A stretch of DNA of 63,333 nt, the filler included, from Choristocarpus tenellus KU-1152 (Eukaryota > Protista > Phaeophyceae), in NCBI GenBank assembly GCA_964200185.2. It is 13 parts of 13 records of this genome, joined end to end, with 100 filler letters (N's around TTAATTAATTAA, not from the genome) between each part and the next. Parts side by side here need not be neighbours in the genome. Positions count along the whole stretch, not along the records: positions 11,517 to 15,818 come from CAXNAD020015218.1; positions 15,919 to 22,686 come from CAXNAD020007392.1; positions 22,787 to 26,776 come from CAXNAD020016775.1; 10 more parts are not named here. The stretch is one strand, 5' to 3'. A program made the position numbers and the translations under genes. Position 1 is the first letter of the stretch. Each line of letters opens with the position of its first letter. Shown piece by piece: positions 13,251 through 26,061 of this stretch. The notes beneath the pieces are model-generated. The model was not told the origin of the DNA and searched no databases. It was given only the letters and a program-made list of their open reading frames with translations.

Positions 13251-13919
13251 ATGAGAGCGACGAGTAATTGATTTAATGCAAAAAGCACCAAGAAATACAA
13301 CGCAACTAACAACCGAGTCTTCATTGGAGGTTTCTTTGAGACGTTGTGGTCAATTAACCATCATTTCCAGCCATTTTGACTGGTTTTGCTGTTTTTGCTA
13401 TTTCTGTCATTTCTGAAAACAAAACGTTTTTGTTCAGGGGACGGTTTCTCGACCATTTCGAATTTTAAAATATTTTGAAGATATCTATGACAAGTTGAAG
13501 TTGTTGGCTTTCGAACGATATTATTCCCTACCCCCTCAACCTGGGGTGCAGAACTAAGCTAGGCTGGAGGCATAGGAGGGTAGTGGTATAGCATAGCTGG
13601 TAGTAAAATAGTAAATAGATGATAGAAAAATGTCTTCCACATTTACGACAACCGTTACTTTTTTAGGGGTCGTTCTGACATTTTAATGGTTTTTCATTGG
13701 TTTTTCCTGTGACAAAACTACAAAATGTGAGAGTACATAATAATGAAAACATTTTTTTCTGAATCTCACATTTGAAAGGTTATTCACAAAAGCTGTAACG
13801 ATATAGACTTACGGGATAGGGGAGTATAGACCACTACTAGAAGTCTAGAAGTCTAGTGTGAAGTATTAACATAAAGTGTGCCTACTACTACATAAAACTA
13901 CGTTGAAAGCAATTAATAG

Positions 13920-14135
13920 TGCTGCGAGTGAGGCGTGCAATAGGTTTGAAGCATTATCGTGGGTGACATCGGGGTTTGATTCCCAGTGAGGTCTTGGTTC
14001 GCTTATGGAATCTCGCCTCTTGTTATGCAACCAACGACGCAATACACACTCACAATCAATCAGCCATGTGGGGGGAGCACCTAGCGTACTTGCTCGCTCG
14101 CTTCAATGATTCATTGATTGACTGACTGACTAGCG
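13920..14135 (+). mobile_element. Possible tRNA-derived SINE
   Basis: B-box-like GGTTTGATTCCC (~13973-13984) and a 3' (GATT/GACT)n tail; A box not convincing. Confidence 0.3.
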
Positions 14136-15938
14136 ACTACCCATATTAGTTCGATGCATATGCCATCATTCTCAAAGCTTTCTACATAGAGATGTCTTTG
14201 TGGAGAAGAAAGAAACATTCAACATGCTCCAACAGTAGTCAAAAGACAACTGAGAAAGTCCGACTTCGTGTACCATGCAATCGGCCCTATCATTATTTCC
14301 GCTATAAAGGTGCTGACGATTGAGGTTTAAACCTCCGAACATTTTAGTATACTTCGGAGCATATGCACATACTAAGGAAACATTGAATATGAGTGCTTTG
14401 GAAGAACTAGCTATGATCGGAGCTGGTTCACACAATGAGACAAAGAGTGGGAAGGTTGGAAAGGGGAACTGTGACATATCCACATAAAAATGGAGTGAGA
14501 AGTATAATCTGCCCTATATTGATTATGTTGTCAGTCATAGTTGATGATCTTTACTGTACAGAAAACCTGCCAGTCCCCAGTTAGTGGGTATATGTTGTGC
14601 CCTCAATCAGAACCTCGATTGATGGTGTGGTATCATCCATCGTTAGTCCTCGCCACTGTACAATAAACTTTGTCGTTGTCGGCCTACAGTTGTGCTTTGT
14701 GCCTCGATTGATGCCTGTATGTGAGATTGTTGTTGTCTACTGCTGCTCTCCTTGTATATATGCACATACCCTCCATCCCCTCAACGCTCAAAACACTGAC
14801 TACGACTTCAGTACTACTGCATTTGAGGTAGTACTTTCAAGTTCATTCTAAAGTAAAGTAATTTTCAAAAGCAAATATGCTGTCCCCACGAACTCTTGTA
14901 TTGTGTTATGCACCTTATTCCTGGTCTCCATAACATACCGTGCTGGCAATATAAATAAGGCCACGACTTGATGCCCTATCACTCAGCTTTACTGCCACAA
15001 TGCTTACCATGTCGTGGTCCGAAGAAGCCCTATGTCCTCAACCTTTGACTACTCGTGGCCATCTCTAGCTAGCTACACAGATTTGATGTACAGAGTATGC
15101 ACAACCAAATACCATCAGCCGGAAGTATATATTGTTTGTTAAAATGATGTCCCATGTTATTAATGCACCAAGTTTCGGGATTCTCCCAGGAACCTAACCG
15201 GGCAGCTTGTCGCTCTTGGTGTTGGTGTGCGTTAAGACAAAAGAGGGATTGTTTGTATCCTCTTCCCTCCCTCTTGGTCTCTGCCCTTCGCATAAGTAAC
15301 TTTTACACTGTATGCACCACTACTGCTAAAGAAGGGCTGATGCGTTGGTCTCCTCAGTTTGTAAGATAAACTGTCCTATACAATGTACTTCTCCAATTAT
15401 TACACCTATCTATCGTTGACCAGATAGCACGGATACAACTGTCAAGGATAGTATATATATATATATATATATGTATATGTAGGGGAATAAAATGTGTGTG
15501 TGTGTGTGTGTGTCTTGATCTACGATGAGGAGAGGAAGGTTGTGCACAACACTGCACTGTTGGGAGGTAACAATAGCATATGATACTTCAATGCCCGAGC
15601 CAATTTAAAGTGGTCTTCCACTCAATATGTTCACTGTTAAACACCTCTCGACCTCTTGGTAGTACCACCCCGTAACCCTTTGTCACCTACTACTCGTAAC
15701 CAGCCTACTCTTAACCCGACCAGATTTCCTCTTGTCCTTTCGCTTAATCTTTTGAGCTACCCCTGGGGGGGGGGGGGGTCTACATCAGGGTGTCCATTTG
15801 GGCCATACCCAGGAAAAGNNNNNNNNNNNNNNNNNNNNNNNNNNNNNNNNNNNNNNNNNNNNTTAATTAATTAANNNNNNNNNNNNNNNNNNNNNNNNNN
15901 NNNNNNNNNNNNNNNNNNCCCCCCAGATACTTTGACCC

Positions 15939-18900
15939 CGAACTACGTGCCAAGGATTTTGCGGAAGTCCTTGTGTATAGATGTGCGTCCTTGTGTAAAT
16001 TGGACTGGTGACATGACTTGCAGGTGCCAAAACATCTGCTGCTGAATACCTGTTTTGTAACTGCAAAAAAGGAACTACGTACCAATGATTTTGTGCAAGT
16101 CCTCGTGTAGTGTAAGTATATCCTTAACTCAAATTGGACTAGTAACACAACCTGCTGGTACCAAAGTATATGTATCGCTTGCTGAAAATCTATTTCGTAA
16201 AAACTCCCAAAGAGGACCTAGGTGTCAATATTCTTGCGCAGCAGGTCATCCTGTGGCGAATTCTTGGTGCAATTTCAAATGGCGACACAACCTGCATGTG
16301 CCTAGGAATATATCCACTACAACTTTTGTACCTAGACCAGGCAAAGAGGAGATGGGTGCCAATGATTTTTTTGCACAAGAACTCGTGTGGCGATTTCTTC
16401 GTGCAAATTGGACTGGTTGTGACACAACTTGCGGGTGCCTCAGGATATATCTAACTTCTGCTGCTTTGTACCTGCTTTGAAACTGCCAAATATTAGCCAG
16501 GTGCCAATGTGTTGTACAAGTCTTCGAATAATGACAATCCCATACGGAAATGAGATTATGACATGACCTACCCGTGCCTGGAAACTTTATGTTACTTCTT
16601 TGTATCTGTTTTGTAACTGGTAAAAAACGGAGGTATGTGTGTGTCAAACGACTTTTGCGCAAGTCCTCATGCGGCGTTGTCTTGGTGCAAATTCGACTGG
16701 TGACATAACCTACAGGTGCTTAGAAATCCCTCTACTTCGACAACTTTGTACCACCTGTTATATGTAACTGCCAAAAAAATGCAACTGCCAAGAATGAGTT
16801 GCGTACCCATAGTTTACAAAGAGTCCTCCTGTATTTTTGGTGTCCTGAGGCACAACGGGCACGAGACGATCCGTACGTGCCCAAAAAGGTATGTACACAT
16901 ACAATGTTAGTACCTGTTTTCTAACTGCAAAAGAGGAGTTGTGTCGAAAAGTTATTGGACAAAGTCCCTGTGTGGCGATTTTTCGGGAAAAAATAGTAAA
17001 ACGATGTGTAGGTACCTATAAACATTCTTCAGGGCAAGTATTGTAATTGTCCAAGAGGAACTACGTGCCAATGTTTTTGCGCGTCGTCGTTTCGCGATAT
17101 ACCTATAGAACTGGTCGCATGACCTTCAGATCTCTATGAACGTACCTACTACTTTGTACCTGTTTTCTATCTGCCGAAGAGGAAGCACAAGCCTTCCTTT
17201 GACAACTCCATCGTGCAAACGGAACTGGTCACACAACCTGCAAATGCGTAAGATTGCATCTACTGCTTCAGGCTTGTTTCGTACCTGCCAACGAGGAGGT
17301 AGATGCTAGTTATTTTCGCAAGTTCTCCTATGGCGATTTCCTTGCGCAAATCGAAATAGTAGCAGGACTCGTAGGAGCTAAAATATATTATCTTCTGCAC
17401 CATAACCTGTATTGAAACTGCCAAAGAAGAGGTAGGCACAAATCGTAGTGCGGAAGTTCTCCCCTGTGGCGATTTCGTCAAATTGAAATGGTGGCACAAC
17501 CTGCAGATACCTAAAAACTTACCCACAGCTTTGTACCTATTTCACGACTGTCAAGGAAGAGATTGGTGCCAATGCACTTGCGTATGCCCTCGTGTAGCGA
17601 TTTCTTGGTGCAAATTCTACTGGTAACACGACCTGCAAGAGCCAAAAATATTCCTATGTTTTGAACCAGGTTTGTCTCGGCCAAAGAGGAGGTAGTGGGG
17701 TAGGTGCACACATGGTTCTGTGCAAGTCCTCAAGTAGCTTTTTCCTTCGTAAATTGGACCAGAGACAAACCTGCTAGTGCTAAAATGTGTATCTACTGCC
17801 ATTTTTCTGTTTTGTGAGAGCCAAAGCGAAGGTAGGATCCAATGTATTTGCGCGAGTCCTCCTATGGTGAATTCCTAGTATAAAATCGACTGGTGACACG
17901 ACTTGCAGGTCCCTCAAAGTATATATATACTGCTTTTTACTCTGGAAAACCTGTTCTGTAACCGCCAAAGAGAAGATACTTCCCAATAGTTACGAGCAAG
18001 TCCTCGCCCGATCTTTGGTGCCAATTCGACTGTGAGAGGGCAAGAAGGTGCCAAAAAATATCTATGCTGCTCCGTATCTGTTTCGTCACTGCAAAGAAGG
18101 GTTATGTGCTCTATTATTTTGGCAAGTCCTTGTGTGGCGATATTTCGGTGCAATTTCGACTGGTCACTCGACCTGCAGGTGCCTGGGGGAAGATCTCCTG
18201 GCTCGTACTTGTTTCGTAATGGCAAAAGGGATGTACATAACGTTGTTATGGGGCAAGTCCTCGTCCAGCGATTTCTTGGTGCAAATTGAACAGGTGAACG
18301 ACTTGCAGGTGCCAGGAAATATATGTACTGCATTCTATTTGTATTGGAACTGCCAAGGAGGAGGTAGGCGGCAATCAGTCATTTTGTGCAAGTTTTTCTT
18401 TGGCGATTTTTCGTTCAAATTGAAATGGCAACACGACCTATGGCCTTCTAAGGAAATATCAACTGCACCATACCTGCTTTATCACTGCCGAAGAGGAGAT
18501 AGGTACATACTGTCGAATAACCTAGTGTTATATCCTTACGTTATCTGTGCTGATACAAGTATATAACATAGTTTCATGTACGTTTATCTTTAGTTCGGTA
18601 CAATACAAAGTAGAAACGTGCATAGCGGTATGATGGGTTAGTAGTCTTTGGTCATATGTCAGAGATAGTTGATGGTTAAGACACAGGCTTAGTGGATAAT
18701 TAATATCCAGTGTATGTTTTACCATGTAACTCAACTACTAGCTTTTGGCGATGAGCTTTACATGCGCCAAGCTTCTCAACACACTTAAGCAACTAATCCA
18801 AACTCTAGCTAGGGGAGGCGTAGCCGGACTGGTTTGGTTTGAGGGTATTACATCGCTCATGGCTACTGATGGGTTTCACAATAAACTCCTTCAGCTTACT

Positions 18901-21102
18901 GATGACAACTATGCCGATTGGTTTGCTACAACCTGGGCATTTTTTGGGCGCGAAGGGGGATATTGACGAGGCATTGGAGCACAGAGAGGAACCCATCAGG
19001 GTGGGTGACATAGATTTCATCAAGAACGAAGGTGTGGATGAAGAAGAGATCAAGGCCAAAAAGTTATCTCCATACAACGGAAGGTAGGAGATAGTAGAGA
19101 GCCTGGGAGCGCTCTGACCACAAGGACCGTTAAAAAGGCTGGCCAAGTAGGCAGCCGGGGTGCGACTGGTCATCGTATGGACCCTGGAGCGACAGGATTC
19201 CGTTCCAGGGGGCTAACCAAGGCCCGAGAGAAATGTGATAAGTTTGGATTCGTTAAACATTTCGGCTCCTGTACGTTTGGAGGACCGTGTTACAGCTGCA
19301 GGAAGAATGGCCACCTGCGAGTTGTGTGCCCCTAGAGGAGGGCAAACCCGTTAGAGTCGGTGGGAATACTAGCTGAACCAGATGAACCAGCTACGGAATC
19401 AAGGAAGTTCAAGATCATGTTAGCCACTGTGGCTAATAATGGCAAGGTGAGATTGGACGCTTTCGAAACGTCGTGTTGTAATTCGGGTGCTTCCAATAGT
19501 GTAACAAAAGTACATGTATGACTTCACCACATGTCCACAAGGCCACAACATTACCGTGGCTGACGGTACATTACTACCCATTGTGGGGTATGGCAAGACT
19601 GATCTGGATTTCAATGTTGACCGCGATGAGTGGGTGCATGTTACTTTGGCGTCTGTTGCACTTGTCCCGAAGATAGCTTTCAATCTTCTCTCTACACATT
19701 CTGCTGGTAGGGCTAAGGAAGTGAATATCAAGTTGATTGGTGATAAATATCATATATGTGATGGGGGGGGTCTACTAATTGCTTTTAAGTGGAATGATCA
19801 CATGTACACTGCCAACGTTAAAAGACTCCCACCCCCAGGAGACAAGGTGACAGAGTCCGTTTTCCTATCTCTGATTTAGACCGGGATCATGAAGATTTGG
19901 ATGACACTCCAGGGTACATCCTTCCTCCACATGCACGCCGAAGGACTGATGAAGATTTCAAAGACACTCCAAGGTACATCCTCCATCCACATGCACGAAG
20001 ACGGACTGGAGAATTCCAGGAGGTGGGGGGAGAATGTGATGATGATGGAATCACCTGAATTGAAGGTGGACTAGGTGATGGTAATGAATCTGATGACACG
20101 TGGGATAGTGATGAACTTCTGGAGGAGACTGAGGACAACATTGATGGTGACAACGAGGTGGAGGAGACTGAGGACAGCAATGATGGTGATGATGATGGGG
20201 TGGACGAGGCTAAGGGCAGGCAATGTGAAAGGGAATTACGACGACTCAGCATTGGAATCGTGAAGACAACATCCTTCCCCACCGCACCAGATCAGGCAAC
20301 CATCCTACTTCCGCCACAGGAATTACTTTTCTTGAGAAGCGTTTTTGAGTTTATTCAGCCACAGTTTCCTAGGCGTTGCATTGACATGTTTGAGGATAAC
20401 GATGGTGCATGCAAACCAGTACGAAATGCCAACAGCTCTACTAGAACAAAGTACATTAATGTCCGACATCATTTTCTGAGGGACTTGTCTAGAAAAGGAT
20501 AGATTCGTGTTGTTTTTGTTGGTACTGCAAATCAGAGGGCACATGTATTGACCAAGAATTTGCCAGTCCCACTTTTTTGACAGCATGTGGAGTTTTTGAT
20601 GAACATGTAAGGTAACATGTGTGATACATATATATTTTATGTGATTGTTTGAGAGTAAATACTTGTTTTCAGCAAGGGATGTCGAATAACCTAGTGTTAT
20701 CCTTACGTTATCTGTGCTGATACATATATATAACATAGTTTCATGTACGTTTATCTTTAGTTCGGTACAATACAAAGTAGTAACGTGCATAGCGGTATGA
20801 TGGGTCAGTCTTTGGTCATATGTCAGAGATAATTGATAGCTAAGACAAAGGCCCAGGGGATAATTAATATTCAGTGTATGTTTTACCATGTAACTCAACT
20901 ACTAGCTTTCGGCGATGAGCCTTACATGCGCTAAGCTTCTCAACACATACATACATACATACATATATTTATGTATATTTGAGCAAGTTCTCGTTTGGCG
21001 ATTTCTCGTTCCCCTTCCTCAACACCATTGGCATTGTATAGTTCTTCTTTGGCAGTTACAAGTCGGGTTCAAAACAGTACACACATTTTTTGCCTCCTGC
21101 AA
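15939..21102. repeat. Degenerate ~135-bp tandem satellite (~19-20 units, 15939-18510), split by an LTR element; resumes at ~20980, with an inverted unit at ~21021-21102
   Basis: Recurring CAAGTCCTCGTGTGGCGATTTCTTGGTGCAAATT.GACTGGT.ACAC.ACCTGCAGGTGCC...TTTGTACCTGTTT.GTAACTGCCAAAGAGGAG at roughly 125-145 nt spacing. Confidence 0.9.
18511..20945 (+). mobile_element. Non-autonomous, internally deleted Ty1/Copia element with two LTRs (18511-18781, 20680-20945) and TSD CATAC
   Basis: LTRs TGTCG...CAACA, highly similar to each other; CATAC at 18506-18510 and 20946-20950; purine tract AGCAAGGGA before the 3' LTR; gag start LTDDNYADW, knuckle CYSCRKNGH...C, protease region ITVADGTLLPIVGYG, RNase H EDNDGAC...RTKYINVRHHFLRD. 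Integrase and RT absent. Confidence 0.95.
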
Positions 21103-22122
21103 AGATGAGGTGCACTGGAGTTAGAAGTTGTGTCCTAAAGTAGCACACACACACACCCTTGTACTCATGAATGAAGAAAGAGCTTGTCTATTGACAAAAA
21201 GGACAGGGTTAGTGGACAGAGAGGAATCAGAGTCATCTGCCAGGACTTTCCCAGCTTGACCGACTCGACCAGCTTCCTGTGAGTCCTTTCTAGATTCTTC
21301 GGGCAATCCTGTTGATACCTCATGTTCAGGGTGCGAAAATGGCAGTTCTTGTCTGCTGGAGAGGTGGCTATCACATGCGTGAGGCAGGGCCTGCGCCTAT
21401 GGAGCGCTCCTGGCTGTGAGAGATCTCAGGTGTATTAATGAACTTGAACAGAGCCTGTGTAAGTCTTTGATCCAGACTTAATCGTGTATACATTGACCTG
21501 CACATGGGAACCCCTACTTTACTTCTTCAAACGAAGTTTAGGGTTATTTTTCTCGCACAGGTCAAGGTCAGGATCAGGGTCAGGTGTTGAACTATCCCAC
21601 ACTGGACCCGCGGCTTCTATGGTGCGTTAATGAAGCACAAAGAACAGCTTGATATAGATTAACAATTTTAGTATTACAAGGGCCTTTGAGGTCTCGATTC
21701 CGCTGACTGAGCTCGTGGGTGAGACTAGCCTAAACTACCATATTATTATTCTACAGTGTGGGGTTTGAAACCGTCCACACTAATTTACTATGAATTACTT
21801 ATTTACTTAAGTATAGGAAATGTATCTCGAACATGATCTAAAACCAATCAACACTATGAGTCAGTACATATAATATATCTGTTACTGGCTCTCCATCCTA
21901 TTATCTAATCCACCGGTGGTGTCNNNNNNNNNNGAACACTCTCCCTTGCTGCGCAGATACTATACACCCTTAAAATCTACTTCTCTGAAAACTTGAAGAA
22001 AGAAACAAACTTCTGCTAACTCTCTCAAAAACAAGCAATAAATATACCCTAATATCATTGTTGACATTGGGTCTGTGTAGGTTCAAAAACATCAGTCATC
22101 AATTCTAAACCTTTATCCTACT

Positions 22123-22610
22123 GCAGCCTCCAGTGGAAACATTATGGGGTACTTTCTCCTGCAAGTCCTTAGCGATATCCCATTGCGTGTCCCACAATCC
22201 ATGAAATGGCAGGGTCCTTAGCAATACATCCAGCGCCTCCTACAATCAACGAAACCTCCCTAGTAAATCATTACTGCAGATCACTGGAACACGGATCCTT
22301 CCTCATATCTACTTCCCTATTGTAGTCTCCAGTGGAAACATTATGGGGTATTTTCTCCTGCAAGTCCTTAGCGATGTCCCATTGCGTCTCCCACAATCCA
22401 TTAAATGGCAAGGTCCTTAGCAATACATCAAGCGTCTCCTACAATCAACGAAACTTCCCTAGTACATCACCACTACAAATCTTCGGAACAAAGTAATATG
22501 GTAGAACTGTCACTTCTTACCTATCCTATCACAATCTCTACGAACACATCCTGGGGTGTTTTCTACTGTGGGTCCTTAGCGATGTCCCATTGCGTCTCCC
22601 ACGATCCTGG
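22123..22610. repeat. Tandem duplication, ~199-208 bp unit, about 2.4 copies
   Basis: GTCCTTAGCGAT(A/G)TCCCATTGCGT at 22165, 22364 and 22572. Confidence 0.88.
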
Positions 22611-22786
22611 AAATATCCCTAGTGTCACGCCTAAAGCAAAACAAAAAAAAAAGTAGTACAAAACAATTGACTTATCACTGAAATACNNNNNNNNNNNNNN
22701 NNNNNNNNNNNNNNNNNNNNNNNNNNNNNNTTAATTAATTAANNNNNNNNNNNNNNNNNNNNNNNNNNNNNNNNNNNNNNNNNNNN

Positions 22787-25700
22787 GGGGTGAGCGGTCA
22801 GGGGCAAGGTATGCCTGTGGGTGCAAGGGGAGGCATGGCAATGGCAACAGGGCCTGGCGTGGGTGCCGGAGGAGTTGCCATGAGTACCATGGGTATGCAG
22901 CCAGCACCCCCTCTTGTTGCTGGTTCACCTGGGATGCCTGTTGGAGGCATTGTTTACAATTTTCCTTACCAGAGTGAGTATAATTTTGAACAATAGTTGT
23001 GTGTTCATCACTACAATCTCTTGTCTCTTTGGCATGTTGGGGTATTGATGCATAATGAAAGCGACCCAACAAACAAAACTTGCTGTTCCCATCAGAGTGA
23101 AAGTATCTTAGAGGGTACGAGTTTTGCCGTGTTTGTCCATTTGGGGCTTGACATCCCACGGGTTTTTAATGACATACTACCTCCTCCAAAATGTTTCCGA
23201 TTAGGTTAAATGTATACGCTATGAAAAGATGTGTCCGGAACAAGGATATTGACATTTCCTAACAAACACGATAGCCAAAATTACATCAAAATCGCAACAT
23301 TGGATTTTGGCCTCCAAATGGACGCGGCTCTACTCTCTAAGATACTTTGACTCATCACCTTCTGATAGATCTTTATGAAGTTTCACTTTCGGAAGACACT
23401 ATATTGTGCATTGATTCTACTTCCTGTTGCATATGGATTGCATATGTCCGTCTTCCTTACAGTGCCGCCTCCTCAGTATGTGCCTGGAGGTGGTGCCACT
23501 GGAGGAATGCCTCCTGTATACCCTTTCAGTGGTGATGTGCCTTTTGTTCAGGTGAGCTTTGTTGACATCTGGTATGGTTGTCTGAAGTGTGAGGATTATA
23601 TTTTTCCTCGGTGCCTTCACTTGTATTATCTATATAACACTTCTATGAACCTCATTAGTTTCACTGAGACCTGTGCGTTCTCTTTCTCGAGGCTGGATAG
23701 ACATGTCATGTGATATAAATGCTGGATACCTGCACACACCAGTATATTTCTGAAGAAACATGGATAATTGTGTGGTTTTGCAACAATATTTGTTACGACG
23801 ATTTTCGAGAATTGCTAACTCTTATCTGTCTTGCATACCTTATTTAGGGGGGTGGGCAAGGCCAGCAGGGCCTAGGGTTGCATGGTGAGCACATGATTAT
23901 GGACACGGGTGATGGACTCAGGCAGGCGCAAGTGAGAAAACTGGAGGGTTAGTGGTGTGCAATTACTCGGTACTTGGTTGAGGAGTGTATAACATGTGTA
24001 ACTCTTGCTCATACATTGTTACGTATGTACATGCAGCAAGATCCCAGTCCCCGACCCTAAGTCGTGTATATGGTGTTTTCTTGATCAACAAAAACTCTAC
24101 ATCATTGCCCATCATGCTTAAATGTTTTCTACTGCATGAACCTGCGTAGGCTAACCTGCTGCATGATGTCAAAAAATGTAATAAACAAAAGTTCGAAAAT
24201 AGAATTGTCACCTGAGTTACTTCCAGCCATAGGGATACAAGAGGGAAGTCGTGTTTGTCCAGTAGATTATTGCAAGACTCTCAGGTATAGACGAAAAGTT
24301 CTGTGTTGAAATTGCCGCCTTCCTCCAGGCCTTTGTGAGCAGCCTATTAATTTCCTTTATGTTCTGGTCATGTAAACCAAAACTGTCACTGATCAGGTGG
24401 CCGTGCCTGACCACATGGTTGGGGTTATCCTTGGCAAGGGAGGTGCCACAGTTGTGGAAATACAGAACCTTACAGGTGCCCGCATTCAGGTCAGCCAGCG
24501 AGGGGATTACTTGCCGGGCACACGCAATAGGTAAGTGGTAGCAGGTGGCAGTATATTTGCATAATAGTGAGGGTGCAAAGTGGGGACAGGTATTTGGAGA
24601 CACTCTACTCCTGAGTTACACAGAAGATGTAAAATTCTTCGGTGCTATATACCCAAGTACTTCTGGTTCACATGAAAAGGCATCCCAAGAGAGCTATTAG
24701 AAGAGTTGGGAGACAATACCTCAGATGCATCAAATTCAATTATATTACGAGGATATCCTTCGAATAGATTCTTAGTACCAAGGAGAATGGGAAATGTCGG
24801 CCTGCACCTTTACAAGTATCTAGTACCACCAGCGTTCTCTGTTGAATAATCTTGTGTTCGATTATCCCCTTTGCTGGGGTGTTGATTCTACAGTGAATGA
24901 AGGCAACTTAATTTTTTTCTCAGAGGTTCAGAAAAGTCGTAGTTATTGTTGCAGACGTTCTTATATGCTGGATACGCCCCAGGTGGGTTGATTTTCACCC
25001 ATCCCCGCTCAACATTTATTTGAAATGAGTCTTCAAAGTGAGATATTCTTGCCCTTTCTAGAAGACGGTTTTGGAGATGTCGATATCTCTCACCTATTTT
25101 AGGTAACCAAGTCAAGGAGTGTCACGCCTCTAGAAGAGCAGCTGGTAGAATAATCAAGATGAACTGAAGTGAAGCAAGACCAGAGAACATTCGATACATA
25201 TGCACAACTTCGTTTTTTTTACGTAGCAACTCTTATCAACATTTGCAGCAGAGTGTACTACTAAATCATCTACAAGTATGTATTGATTTTGTTTCACTAC
25301 ATAGTGATTGAGATCGGAATAGTTAAACGAATTTCCCACTTACTTTAGAAGGTCCCGTGAAAACATCACTTTTATGTAATTGCAACTTTCCTATATTTCA
25401 TTCACTGGGTCAATGAAGAGTAGCAAAGTACGCAACACACGAAAAGACTCGCAAAATTATTTGGTTTTGGGTGCTTCATTGGCTTCTAGTTAGTGGTGCA
25501 TTGTGCAGCCTGTGCACAGTATGCCAGAAACATGTAGGCGTAGCGCTGGTTATGCTTTTTCTTACAAGAATTTGAATTGCTCAGCTTCGACCTGCCTTAC
25601 ATATGAGATATACCTAGCACTCTAACGGATGAAAATGCTTATACCGTACACGTGGCAGTTTTCTGTGACTGAGGTTGAACATAGACCTTTTTTTAGTGAT

Positions 25701-26061
25701 TTGATTGGAGGATAGCACGAACTTCTCTTGTTGTTAGTGAAATCTCGCAATGACAACCTCATCTCATATCCTCCACAAACCTTTCCATCTACATGGTCAA
25801 TTATGCCCCTACACGGCGTTTTTTGCCTTTTAGACAGACTTTGAATATTGTGCAGTATGTACTGACCACCCGCTGCTGCCCTCTGTGATCCCCTTCCTAC
25901 GACCTTTCTTACTACTTAGGGCTGTCACAATATCAGGGGCTCATCAGGCTGTTGCACATGCTCAGGCAATGATCCACAATGTGTGTACCCAGGCCTCTCA
26001 GACGGAGTTCCGCCAAGCACAGGGCTTGCAGGCATCTCAGAATTTTGAATACCAGCGCTAA
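22787..26061 (+). CDS. KH-domain RNA-binding protein, NOVA/BTR1-like, 5'-partial; exons 22787-22973, 23463-23551, 23848-23931, 24397-24530, 25920-26061
   Basis: GT-AG introns with consistent phases (1,0,0,2). The spliced product has a Gly/Pro/Met-rich linker, then [63 protein letters not shown] (KH type I GxxG loop, NOVA KH3-like PGTRNR); stop TAA at 26059-26061. Confidence 0.92.
23095..23353. mobile_element. MITE family A copy in an intron of the KH gene; TSD ATCA
   Basis: GAGTGAAAGTATCTTAGAG / CTCTAAGATACTTTGACTC termini, with ATCA on both flanks. Confidence 0.93.

Noticed and set aside
15939-18510. CRISPR-like or protein-coding repeat array
   Set aside because: Whole units are homologous and diverged, spacing is not a constant multiple of 3, and ORFs switch frame and strand.
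22997-23209. Recurrent short ORFs containing [14 protein letters not shown] or QSIWGGGG as a peptide family
   Set aside because: These are translations of MITE A/B terminal sequence; frames and stops are not conserved.
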